This document shows positions 10,039 to 19,320 of a stretch of 64,000 nt of DNA, piece by piece. Location of the stretch: assembly GCA_002773945.1 (NCBI GenBank), contig PEZT01000010.1, positions 4,028-68,027 on the forward strand. Reading direction: 5' to 3'. Position numbers and translations under genes: made by a program. The notes beneath the pieces were generated by a model, which saw only the letters and a list, made by a program, of their open reading frames with translations, did not search any database and was not told the origin of the DNA. Origin of the DNA: Candidatus Beckwithbacteria bacterium CG10_big_fil_rev_8_21_14_0_10_34_10. Its GTDB lineage: Bacteria > Patescibacteriota > Microgenomatia > UBA1400. The number at the start of each line of letters is the position of its first letter. Position 1 is the stretch's first letter.

Positions 10039-11351
10039 TCTATTAGGCTCTTATTCTCCCCATAAACCTTGTAAATAACCTTTAAATCCTCATTCTGGCA
10101 AAATAGTTGCAGAGCCCTATCTTTTTGCAAAGTTATCATAAGCTCTTCAGCTAACCCTTCTTCCTCCATCAAAATATCTACCTTATTATTGCTATTATAA
10201 TAAGAACAATTTGTTCTGGTTCTGGTAATCCAGTCTTTAGCCAAACTAGCTCTTCTGGCTGTCCAATGAGTATGAGCAAGCAGCCTAACTGAAAAAAAAG
10301 ATATTATTATAGAAATAAATAAATAAAAGTAAAAAAACTTTTTATCAAGTATTTTTTCTAATAGAAACAAAAAGCCAATAAAACTAATAGAAAAATAGAT
10401 TGGATTTAAATGATAAGGCATAAAATAAAAAGGCAAAGCAGAGACAAAAATCCAAAGTAAGTACTTAAGAATTAATTTTAATTCTTTTTTAAATATCTCT
10501 TTTTTAGCTTGATACCATTTGTACAATCCAGCAGTTAATAAAGTTAATAGAATAAAAAATAGGGCATAAATAAGCCTTGTCTCCCATAAATAGCCGTTTT
10601 TAACTCCCTCGGGTAAACCAAATGCTCTTAAAATATACCATCTAAATACAGAAGGAAAAGAACTAAATTTAAAAGAAAAGGCTTGAGTTTCCGGTGCTCC
10701 TGCAAAAAAATAGTTAATCAATAAATTAGAAACAATTATTATTCCATAAGGAGTTATTCTTTTTAATTTGTTCTTATATTTAGAAAATAGAAATATTAAA
10801 ATTGGCAAACTAAAAGCAATTTCTGATGAAAAAATTGCTAAAATGAAAAATAGAAGCGATAAAAAGTAAAGCCAATTTCTCTTTTCATTTTCAAATCTTA
10901 GCCAAAGCCAAAAGGAAAGCAAAAAATATAAAATCCCAAATAAAACATAAGAACCAGTTAAAGAATAAAGACCCATATAAAAAATAGGAGAAATAACATA
11001 CATTAAACTAATTAATTTAGCCTTAATCCTCTCTTTTACAAAACACCTACCAATCTTATAAACCAACCAAGCGCTGAGAATATGAATTAGAAAAGTAAAA
11101 ATAAAGAATGGTAAAACCCTTAACCCAAAAATCCTTTGAAAAGTGAAGAAAAAAATCTGCTGACTTACCGGCCTAAAGGGAATCCCTAAAATAGGCTTAA
11201 AAAAAAGAAAAAATTCACGTAAATTAGCCGCTTTCGAAATTTGAAGAAAATAAAAGTCATCCATAAAAAACCAGCTGGAAAAAATAGGCGCGTAAACTAA
11301 TATAGCTAACAAAATAAGTAAAATTAAATCCAGCTTTAATAATTTCTTCAT
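10035..11351 (-). CDS. polytopic membrane protein, GT-C-like
   Basis: N-terminal TM then FFMDDF and FRP motifs, many TMs. Start moved from 11438 to the ATG at 11351, which overlaps the upstream TGA (ATGA). Confidence 0.7.
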   Translation of the reverse strand: MKKLLKLDLILLILLAILVYAPIFSSWFFMDDFYFLQISKAANLREFFLFFKPILGIPFRPVSQQIFFFTFQRIFGLRVLPFFIFTFLIHILSAWLVYKIGRCFVKERIKAKLISLMYVISPIFYMGLYSLTGSYVLFGILYFLLSFWLWLRFENEKRNWLYFLSLLFFILAIFSSEIAFSLPILIFLFSKYKNKLKRITPYGIIIVSNLLINYFFAGAPETQAFSFKFSSFPSVFRWYILRAFGLPEGVKNGYLWETRLIYALFFILLTLLTAGLYKWYQAKKEIFKKELKLILKYLLWIFVSALPFYFMPYHLNPIYFSISFIGFLFLLEKILDKKFFYFYLFISIIISFFSVRLLAHTHWTARRASLAKDWITRTRTNCSYYNSNNKVDILMEEEGLAEELMITLQKDRALQLFCQNEDLKVIYKVYGENKSLIE

Positions 11352-12469
11352 TTTTTTCTCTTTCCTAAAACAAACCCAATTAAAAAAACTATACTTGGTA
11401 GGCTGATTAAAGTAAAAGGAACATAATATATTCCCCAATAATCATGGTAAACTGTCATTAGGCCTGGTTTAATTTGAAAAATAAAAAACGGTAAAAAACA
11501 AGCTAAAAACAAAAGATAAGTTATTTTTCTTTTTCTCCAGTATAAATATATAAGCGAAAAAGTAGACCCTAATAAAGAAATTCTAAAAGGAAAAAACCTA
11601 ACTAAATAATAGTAATTAGCTGAATTAAAAGCTAATGTTTTTTGAATTCCTATTAAACTTATCTTTTTTACCTCCGCTCTAGTCCAATTGTTAAAATTAC
11701 TTAAGTTTTCATATCTGCCTACTTGAGGAATATGAACTAAAAGATAAAAACTAACAATTAAAAAAAAAGGAATTAAAATTGAAAAAATGGCTTTTTTGAT
11801 ATTTTTCTTTTCTAATGTTTTTTTTCTAAATAAAAAAACTAGTAAAAAGGAAAAAAGGTGGATACTGAATAATTCTCTAGAAAAAAGGCAAAAAGTAAAA
11901 AAGAGACCCGTCCAAAAAAATTTTTCTTTTAATAAAAAATAAAATCCCCATAAAAAGAAAATTAACCCCCACCATTCTACTTGTATAAACGTAATCTCTT
12001 TTAAGGGTAAAATAAAATAAGGCCACAGAAGAAAAGGAGACAAAAAAGCATATTTCTCTCCCATAAGCTTCTCTCCAATTAAAAAGGCGGCCAACGGTGT
12101 GGTAAAAACCAAGCTTAAAAACAACCAATAAACAGTCCGGCCATCAGTCCCTGGAAAAAGCTTCCAAAGATAAAATAAAAATGGCGTTTTCCAGCCCCAA
12201 ATTTCTCCAGGATAACTATCACTCCCGGAATCCCCTATCTCTCCTAAAGCATAAGCCTGATAAAAAGGAATTCCTTTTTCTATTAAATAATATGTTTTTA
12301 AATAACAATTCATATCAGTATTGTATTTTTCAACCATCGGCTCTTTTTTAACTAACTTAAGCACTGACTGACCCGCCTTAAAAGCAATTAACAAATATCC
12401 CAAAGAACAAATTAGTAAAAAAACTATATTAAGTTTCCTTTTCATTATTGGATTAAAATTTCTCTTCAT
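11348..12469 (-). CDS. polytopic membrane protein, possible GT-C glycosyltransferase
   Basis: TM, then loop with NTD..Y and WKTP, many TMs, FSRE motif; ATGA-coupled on both sides. Confidence 0.6.
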   Translation of the reverse strand: MKRNFNPIMKRKLNIVFLLICSLGYLLIAFKAGQSVLKLVKKEPMVEKYNTDMNCYLKTYYLIEKGIPFYQAYALGEIGDSGSDSYPGEIWGWKTPFLFYLWKLFPGTDGRTVYWLFLSLVFTTPLAAFLIGEKLMGEKYAFLSPFLLWPYFILPLKEITFIQVEWWGLIFFLWGFYFLLKEKFFWTGLFFTFCLFSRELFSIHLFSFLLVFLFRKKTLEKKNIKKAIFSILIPFFLIVSFYLLVHIPQVGRYENLSNFNNWTRAEVKKISLIGIQKTLAFNSANYYYLVRFFPFRISLLGSTFSLIYLYWRKRKITYLLFLACFLPFFIFQIKPGLMTVYHDYWGIYYVPFTLISLPSIVFLIGFVLGKRKK

Positions 12470-13806
12470 TTTTCCTTTAACCTAAATTCTACTGGCTGAT
12501 CCGCATAAAACTGAGTAAAAGGAGGACAAATACTAACATCTTCATAGCTCTCCAATTCAATTACTGGTTTTCTCAAACCTTTTTTAATTTCTTGACCCCA
12601 GATAACACATTTAACATGATGGTCCAAATTTCTAAGATCATGAAGAAATTGTTTTTTCTCTCCATAAATTAAAACTAAAATAACAGCTAAAATTAAAGGC
12701 TTGAGTCCGGGAGCATAACTATAAATCTTTTTTAACCCCAAAGAAGCAGTTAATAAAATAGGAGGAAACAAATAGTACAACATATAATCGTGATACCAAG
12801 CAATATTAGGAAATATAACAAGGTGTAAAAGTCCAAATATCAAAAATAAAATAAGAAAATGATCTTTTGAAGAGATTTTTTTTCTTTTTATTAATTCTTT
12901 AAAATAGTTTAATAACCAAAACAGAGATAAAAATAGAACTGTTGAAGTTAGAAATGACCTGGCCCTAGAAAGCTCTAGCCTAAATAACTGAAGCAAAGTA
13001 AATGGCTGGTGTCCACCAAGCCCTTTAACTCTTCGGACAAAAGAACTGGCTAAACCACCATATATTTCTCCGGTTAATAAATATTGATGACCGACAATTA
13101 ACAAAAAACTACCTGCTGAAAGAGCAAAAAGACATATCCCAAAAAAAATTCTTGATTTTTTTAAGGGAAAAATTAAATAATGACCGACTAAAATTAAGCT
13201 TAAGTAAAATCCCGGCCATTCTATCATTTGGCAAACAAAAAGGCTTAATAAAATTAAAACAAAATACTTTTTCTTTTGCTTTTTCCGCCATATAAAATAT
13301 AAATAAACTGTTAAAAGAATAAACGGGGCAATTATAGGTTCAAATACAGGCAAACGAGCATAATACAAAAATAGAGGGGTAAAAATGGCTAATAAAAGAT
13401 ATAAAAAGCCTTGTTTTATTTGATAAATATTTTTAAGGATTAAATTAACAAGAAAAAGAAATAAAAGGCTGAATATTATACTTAAAAGCCGGGCTGACCA
13501 TTCAAAAATTCCAAAAATTTTAAAAAATAATGCTAGTAAAATTGGATAGAGAGAAGGATGGTAAGTATGATAAGTAAAGTCTTTGGCGCTTACCACCCCA
13601 TAGTTGGTAACTTGCCCCAATTTAGTTTCTAAAAATCCATAGCGAAGATAATTTTTGGCAATATTACTATAAAAAACATTATTAAATTCATGCTGTCCCC
13701 AAAACGGCTCATTAATATCTTTTCCCAGTAAAAAAAAGGCTAGGAGCAGAATTAAAAATAGAAAAAAATTGTTTTTAAATTTTGACCAGTTGTTTATAAA
13801 TTTCAT
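12466..13806 (-). CDS. ArnT/PMT-like (GT83/GT39) membrane glycosyltransferase
   Basis: N..ARNYLRYG-like loop (NIAKNYLRYG), YHPSLYP, GIFEWSARL. Start uncertain (13821 or ATG at 13806). Confidence 0.78.
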   Translation of the reverse strand: MKFINNWSKFKNNFFLFLILLLAFFLLGKDINEPFWGQHEFNNVFYSNIAKNYLRYGFLETKLGQVTNYGVVSAKDFTYHTYHPSLYPILLALFFKIFGIFEWSARLLSIIFSLLFLFLVNLILKNIYQIKQGFLYLLLAIFTPLFLYYARLPVFEPIIAPFILLTVYLYFIWRKKQKKKYFVLILLSLFVCQMIEWPGFYLSLILVGHYLIFPLKKSRIFFGICLFALSAGSFLLIVGHQYLLTGEIYGGLASSFVRRVKGLGGHQPFTLLQLFRLELSRARSFLTSTVLFLSLFWLLNYFKELIKRKKISSKDHFLILFLIFGLLHLVIFPNIAWYHDYMLYYLFPPILLTASLGLKKIYSYAPGLKPLILAVILVLIYGEKKQFLHDLRNLDHHVKCVIWGQEIKKGLRKPVIELESYEDVSICPPFTQFYADQPVEFRLKEK

Positions 13807-14743
13807 GGGTTTTTTGAGCACACTTTTGCCAAGAGTATTTTTCTTTAACTAAATTGTATCCTTTTTGCCCCAATATATCTCTATTTTTATCTTTTAAGAC
13901 TCTTAAAATCGCTTTACTTAAGCCACTTGAGTCTTTAGGCTTGACTAAATAACCATTAATTCCATTTTGCACCATTTTTGGATTTTCTCCCACTCGAGTA
14001 ACAATTACCGGCAGCTTAGCCGCCCAAGCCTCAAGCAGAGTTAAAGGCTGGCCTTCAGATAAAGAAGGAAGAACAAAAACATGGCTGGCCTTATACTCCC
14101 TAATTAAATCCTCATGTTTAATCCCACCGGTTATTATTATTAACCTTACATGGGGAAATTCTTTTCTCACTTTTTTCATCGCTTTTCTTAAATAATTTAT
14201 TCCTTTAACAGGATCATTTCTGCCAACAAATAAAATTTTAAAAGGTTTTTCTTTTTTAACCTTTACCTTATCAAAATTCTCTACTTCAACCCCATTGGAA
14301 ATAACAGTTATATTTTTATTAACATTTCTATATTGTAAATAATTAGAGCTAACAGAAATTACCTGATCATATTTAATTCGGGTCAAAACTATATTTTCTA
14401 AAAATGCCCTTAAGGATCGAACTTTTAAATCAAGTAAGTTACTGCCGTGAACCGTAAAAACTATTGGAATCTTTAAAATTAGGCTTAAAATTTTTCCCGG
14501 CACACCCGACCAATAAGCATGAGCATGAATTAAATCAAATTTTTCTTTTCTATTTAACCACCAAGCCTGCGGGATTACCCATAAACTCCACAAAAAACGA
14601 ATTATAATATTAGCCCTTGGACTATGAAGAAGATAATATTTAACTTTGGATTTCTTCTCTAGGATTCTTTCTAAATTTTCAATCTGAATTTGAGCTCCAC
14701 CAATAAAAGGATACCAAGCATCAATTAAAACCAATATTTTCAT
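13775..14743 (-). CDS. GT4 family glycosyltransferase
   Basis: PFIGGA, SNGVE, FVGRNDPVKG, FVLPSLSEGQPLTLLEAW. Confidence 0.92.
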   Translation of the reverse strand: MKILVLIDAWYPFIGGAQIQIENLERILEKKSKVKYYLLHSPRANIIIRFLWSLWVIPQAWWLNRKEKFDLIHAHAYWSGVPGKILSLILKIPIVFTVHGSNLLDLKVRSLRAFLENIVLTRIKYDQVISVSSNYLQYRNVNKNITVISNGVEVENFDKVKVKKEKPFKILFVGRNDPVKGINYLRKAMKKVRKEFPHVRLIIITGGIKHEDLIREYKASHVFVLPSLSEGQPLTLLEAWAAKLPVIVTRVGENPKMVQNGINGYLVKPKDSSGLSKAILRVLKDKNRDILGQKGYNLVKEKYSWQKCAQKTHEIYKQLVKI

Positions 14744-16002
14744 TTTATTAAAACAAATAAATTTTTTAAATAAATTTCCAAGCTTACCTGATCATAAGGC
14801 AAAATTCTCTGCCAATATTTAAACATATTAGTTAAGTTAAGGATAATAAAGAAAGATAAAAAGACCCAGGTTTTTTTATCTCCTATTTTCTCAACAATTC
14901 TTTCCAGTCCACTACCTAAAAAAAGACTTAAAATGGGGTAAATATCAATAAAGGCCCTATTCCCAAAACTAGCTCCAAAAGACCAGTCATACCACGATGA
15001 GATCAAATATATAAACAAAAAAATCACCCCTAAAAAAGGAAAAAACAAAGCTTTGAATTTTTCTTTTAAACCTTTTATTCCAAGTAATCCTAGGAAAAAA
15101 ACAGGCGCCCAGAAAAACAAGCCTTTTCTAACAGAAAACAAAGTTTTAAATATTTTAGGACTTAAAAAATTAAAACCCTCTCCTTTATAAGAAAAAAGAA
15201 AAAAACTACCCGAAACATAATGCCAGTATAAAAACTGGGGCAAACATACAATTAAAAAAGAAAATAAGATAAAAAGTAAAGATTTGAAGTTTTTCTTTTT
15301 AATCAAAGGAAACAAAAGCAAACCAATAATTAGATTACTATTTCTAACAAGAAAAATTAGTCCCAATAGAATTCCTCCAAGAATGGAGTTTTTCAAATTC
15401 AATTCTTTAGGGTTCTTCTTGTTCTTATTATCCAAAAAATATAAAAAGCCGCTTATTAAAGAAAAAGAAAAAACATGACTCATTAAACTATCAAAAGTGG
15501 CATAATGAAATAAATTAGTCGCCAGTAATAAACTAACTAAGGTTAAGACTACAACATTTTTTGAATAATATTTTTGATAAAGTTTTAGTAAAAAAAACAG
15601 TCCTAGAAGTAAATAGAAAATTGCTCCTAAACCAACAAAATGCTGATAAATCATCGTATAGCCGGTTAAGGGCAATGAAAAAGCCAAAGAAACAAGGTGG
15701 CCTAGGAGGAAAAAAGGTGAAATTAACAAAGCTACCCCCAAAGAATATTTATTAATATTTTTTCCGGTTTCATTTAAATAATAAATGGCTGGATATTTTA
15801 AAGATTTAGCATCAGGTAAATATAAATCAGTCTTACTTAAACCAAAGTCCTTATAAATAAAAAAAGCCGGCAGATAACTATAGTAACCGGCGGCATCAGC
15901 CCGAATAGGATTTTTAACAAACTTATTCTTATAAATTATAAAGTAACCAATTAATAAGGTTAAAAAAGCAAAGCTTAAAAAACAAAATACTTTTTTATTC
16001 AT
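14740..16002 (-). CDS. GT-C fold membrane glycosyltransferase-like
   Basis: IRADAAGYYSYLP, NKYSLG, SHVFSF, VRNSN, KGLFFWAP, WSFGASFGNR; many TMs. Confidence 0.75.
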   Translation of the reverse strand: MNKKVFCFLSFAFLTLLIGYFIIYKNKFVKNPIRADAAGYYSYLPAFFIYKDFGLSKTDLYLPDAKSLKYPAIYYLNETGKNINKYSLGVALLISPFFLLGHLVSLAFSLPLTGYTMIYQHFVGLGAIFYLLLGLFFLLKLYQKYYSKNVVVLTLVSLLLATNLFHYATFDSLMSHVFSFSLISGFLYFLDNKNKKNPKELNLKNSILGGILLGLIFLVRNSNLIIGLLLFPLIKKKNFKSLLFILFSFLIVCLPQFLYWHYVSGSFFLFSYKGEGFNFLSPKIFKTLFSVRKGLFFWAPVFFLGLLGIKGLKEKFKALFFPFLGVIFLFIYLISSWYDWSFGASFGNRAFIDIYPILSLFLGSGLERIVEKIGDKKTWVFLSFFIILNLTNMFKYWQRILPYDQVSLEIYLKNLFVLIK

Positions 16003-17116
16003 CTTGCTTAACAGACCTTATGGCTAAATTTAACTTTCTAAAAATATAACTAACATCTTCCCTGCTATAAGAAGCGCTAATTGGTAAATTAATGACTGTT
16101 TTGGATAATAATAGGGCTTTAGGACATTTTTTTAGAAAAGAGCTATATATTTTTTGAGCAATAGGAGCTTTGTACCATAATCTATCAACAATAATGTTTC
16201 CTCTTCTTAAAGAGGCAACTATTTTATCTCTCACTGGAGCAAATTCAGGTTTTAGCCGAATAATAAAATGATAATAAGAAAGACTGCTATTTTCCTCTGG
16301 TTTTTGGGCAATAAATAAGTTGTTTCTCTTTATTTCCTCATAATACCATCGAGCCACTTTTTTTCTCTGGGCTACTTCTTGACCCAACCTATTAAAACCC
16401 TTCTCAAATAGAAAAAGGCTTAACTTACTTGGTCGATAATTATTTAGTTTTTGCGTCTCAATTTTAGGCAGATACTGTCGTCTTTTGATATCCAAAATGT
16501 TTTGATGGAGACCAGCTGTTTTAATTAATAAGCGCTTGGGGTATTTAAGTTCATCCTCCCCACCTTGATTTTCAATAAATTTTTTCTTAGTCAAAAGCAA
16601 ACAACCATTAATATTAGGGATTTGCTTATAAAGACTGAAAAGAATGGCACTCCCCTTATTACCAACAAAGTTTTTTCCAACCTTGCTAAACAAGGCATGG
16701 GCACAATCTTCAATAATAAATACTTTCTTTACTTTTTTTCTAATTTGACTAATATCAACTGGATTACCAAAAGTATGAATCACTACCAAACACTGGGTAT
16801 TTATTGGAATTTTTTCAATATCAAGATTAAAAGTATCTAGATTTACTTCAGTTAAAATTATTTTTTTTCCTGCTTTTTCAGCTGATTTAACTAAAGTCGG
16901 ACAAGTAAAGCCGGGAAAAGTAATGGTTTTATATGGTAAAGACTGAAACAAATAATAAAGAGCATTTCTCCCCCAGTTGAAGTAACTTTCTTTCCAATTT
17001 GTACCCAATTTAAGTCTCTTTTTTAGCAAAAGATAGGGAGAAACGGTTTTTTTATTCAAAACCTCTTCTACTAGACTAGAGGGATGGATTTTAAGATTAA
17101 GATCAAATTTACTCAT
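15995..17116 (-). CDS. DegT/DnrJ/EryC1/StrS family PLP-dependent sugar aminotransferase
   Basis: GRNAL, HTFGNP, IIEDCAHA, FSLYK (PLP lysine), INLPI. Confidence 0.88.
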   Translation of the reverse strand: MSKFDLNLKIHPSSLVEEVLNKKTVSPYLLLKKRLKLGTNWKESYFNWGRNALYYLFQSLPYKTITFPGFTCPTLVKSAEKAGKKIILTEVNLDTFNLDIEKIPINTQCLVVIHTFGNPVDISQIRKKVKKVFIIEDCAHALFSKVGKNFVGNKGSAILFSLYKQIPNINGCLLLTKKKFIENQGGEDELKYPKRLLIKTAGLHQNILDIKRRQYLPKIETQKLNNYRPSKLSLFLFEKGFNRLGQEVAQRKKVARWYYEEIKRNNLFIAQKPEENSSLSYYHFIIRLKPEFAPVRDKIVASLRRGNIIVDRLWYKAPIAQKIYSSFLKKCPKALLLSKTVINLPISASYSREDVSYIFRKLNLAIRSVKQDE

Positions 17117-18257
17117 GAATAACCTTATTATATCCTTTCTTAGTTTGGCCAGCTATTATTTTCCAATCATATTTTTGAGCCAGTTTAATTCCTTCTTTTT
17201 GTTTTATTCTGTAAGTTTTTTCATTTTTTAAAAGGATATCAATTTTTCTTTCTAGATCTACAGCATCTTTTTTCTTAAATAAAAACCCGCCTTCCCCATT
17301 ATTGGTTATCTCTTTATTAACTTCAATATCGGCAATAACATAAGGCACCCCGCAACTTAAAGCCTCAATCGTTACCAATCCAAAACCCTCAATTACTGAA
17401 GGCAAACAAAACACGTAGCTTTCAGCTAGCAACCTCAGTAATTTATCTCTGTCCAAATCTTTAAAAAACTTAACTTTTTTAAAAAGATTCTTTTTGTTAA
17501 CTAAATCTTTTAGTTTTTCTTCTTCTGGCCCTTGGCCAACGATAAATAGTTGAAACTGGGGATATTTTTTTAAAAGTTTTTCAAAAGCTAAAATTAAATC
17601 ACTCACTCGCTTGTATTTTACTAACCGGCTAATACAAATAATTCTTTTTTTCTTTTTTTCTATTCTTAGACTCATTTCTTTAAGCTTTTTAGACTCCACC
17701 CCGCCGTAAACAATTCTAATTTTACTTTTTAAAATTCCTTCTTTTAAAAGCTTATTTTGGGTAGATTTGCTTAAAGAAATTATTCCAGTCCAAGGAAGTT
17801 TTAAGCTAATTCTTTCAATAATCTCCCCAAATATGCCACTTAAACCAAAGTTTTGGAGCCATTTTCCTTTTAAAACATCAGGCCACCAGGAAATTTTAGG
17901 TTTGTTTTTAAAAACACCAAGAAAAAAAGCTGGTAAAAAACTAACCACATTAGAACCTTCAATTAAATCAAAATCTATTTTTAAACCTTTTGAAAAGGCA
18001 GTCAAAATAAACCCAATTCTCCCAAAGATTGAAAAAAAGCTGGCTTCTACCCTTGATGTTTTTGGACCACAAGGATAAACAACAATCTTATTAATCCTGG
18101 TTTTTTCTCTTAAGCTTTGGGTTTTCCGGCAAAGCACAATTACCTTGTTTTCTTTAGCCAGATTTTTAGCCATAAAATATGTTCTTGCTTCTACACCACC
18201 GGTAAATTTAAGCTGAGAAGAATCTGGAAAAAACTCAGTTAAAAGAAGAATTTTCAT
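17109..18257 (-). CDS. GT4 family glycosyltransferase
   Basis: TGGVEAR, ISRLVKYKR, LPSVIEGFGLVTIEAL. Confidence 0.93.
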   Translation of the reverse strand: MKILLLTEFFPDSSQLKFTGGVEARTYFMAKNLAKENKVIVLCRKTQSLREKTRINKIVVYPCGPKTSRVEASFFSIFGRIGFILTAFSKGLKIDFDLIEGSNVVSFLPAFFLGVFKNKPKISWWPDVLKGKWLQNFGLSGIFGEIIERISLKLPWTGIISLSKSTQNKLLKEGILKSKIRIVYGGVESKKLKEMSLRIEKKKKRIICISRLVKYKRVSDLILAFEKLLKKYPQFQLFIVGQGPEEEKLKDLVNKKNLFKKVKFFKDLDRDKLLRLLAESYVFCLPSVIEGFGLVTIEALSCGVPYVIADIEVNKEITNNGEGGFLFKKKDAVDLERKIDILLKNEKTYRIKQKEGIKLAQKYDWKIIAGQTKKGYNKVIHE

Positions 18258-18607
18258 TCCTTTTTCTTTTTTGGTTTATCTTTTAAGGCTATCTCTCTTA
18301 CCAATTGACTAATTTCTTCCCGAAGATTCTCTATTATTACATTAGTCCTAAAAACTAAATAAAACAAAAGAGCAATGGAAATATATATTATGGCGTCTAC
18401 TCCCCGACCAATCCCTAAAAGACTAGCCCAATAATTGCTAAAACCGGGATAAAAAATAGTAAACAAAGCGGCTAACCACAAAGCCAGCCAAAAAAGAAAA
18501 GACCCAAAATTAATTGTTCCCTCTTTAAAACGAAAGTAAACTCGGGAAACAGCAAAAAGCAAAAATAAACTTAATAGTATTTGAACTGGTAAAAAAATTA
18601 TATTCAT
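18254..18607 (-). CDS. DUF2304 family small membrane protein (GacJ/Rv3632-like partner of the adjacent GT2)
   Basis: Three TMs, LGIGRGVD, C-terminal ISQLVREIAL coil; ATGA-coupled downstream of a DPM-like GT2. Confidence 0.88.
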   Translation of the reverse strand: MNIIFLPVQILLSLFLLFAVSRVYFRFKEGTINFGSFLFWLALWLAALFTIFYPGFSNYWASLLGIGRGVDAIIYISIALLFYLVFRTNVIIENLREEISQLVREIALKDKPKKKKE

Positions 18608-19305
18608 CTTCCCAACCTTAAGACCAATTTTACCAAAACTTTTATCCCATTTAAATTAGATTGGCCTTTGGCTAGAGAATAAGGGGTGTAAATTACCCTT
18701 ATAGGAACTTCACAAAACTTCAGTTTATTTTTCCTAATCTGATCAAAAAATTCTGAAGAAACCTCCATTTGCTGAGTTCTTAACTTAATTTTATTAATTG
18801 CTTTCCTGGAAAAAGCCCGAAATCCAGACTGAGAATCAGTCGGATAAATCCCAAAGAATAAAAAAGTAACCAAATCACTTAACTTTAAAATAATTCTTCT
18901 TAATACGGGAATTTTATTTTTAACCTCTAAAAATCTACTTCCTATGACAACATCAGCTTTCTTTTTCATAATTGGCCCAATTATCTTTTCTATATCTTTA
19001 GAATCATGCTGACCATCGCTGTCCATTGTTACTACCACATCTACTTTTTTCTTTCTTCCATACTCCAATCCTGTCTGAAGAGCGCCACCCAAACCCCGAT
19101 TAATTACATGTTTTAAAACCGCTACTCCTTCTTTTTGAGCCTTCTTAGCAGTTTTATCAACGGATGCATCATCAATAACTACAATTTCTGAAGTTAATTT
19201 AAGGTTTTTTAATTCTTTTTTTAAACTTTTTAAAACTCCCTCAATTACTTTTTCTTCATTAAAGGCAGGCAAGACTACTAAAAGTTTTGTTTTTTTACTT
19301 TTCAT
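18604..19305 (-). CDS. GT2 polyprenol-phosphate sugar synthase-like (GacI/PpgS-like)
   Basis: LPAFNEE, NRGLGGALQTG, TMDSDGQH, IGSRF, DSQSGFRAFS, EVPIRVIY. Confidence 0.9.
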   Translation of the reverse strand: MKSKKTKLLVVLPAFNEEKVIEGVLKSLKKELKNLKLTSEIVVIDDASVDKTAKKAQKEGVAVLKHVINRGLGGALQTGLEYGRKKKVDVVVTMDSDGQHDSKDIEKIIGPIMKKKADVVIGSRFLEVKNKIPVLRRIILKLSDLVTFLFFGIYPTDSQSGFRAFSRKAINKIKLRTQQMEVSSEFFDQIRKNKLKFCEVPIRVIYTPYSLAKGQSNLNGIKVLVKLVLRLGR

Positions 19306-19320
19306 TTATTTTCTAAACAC

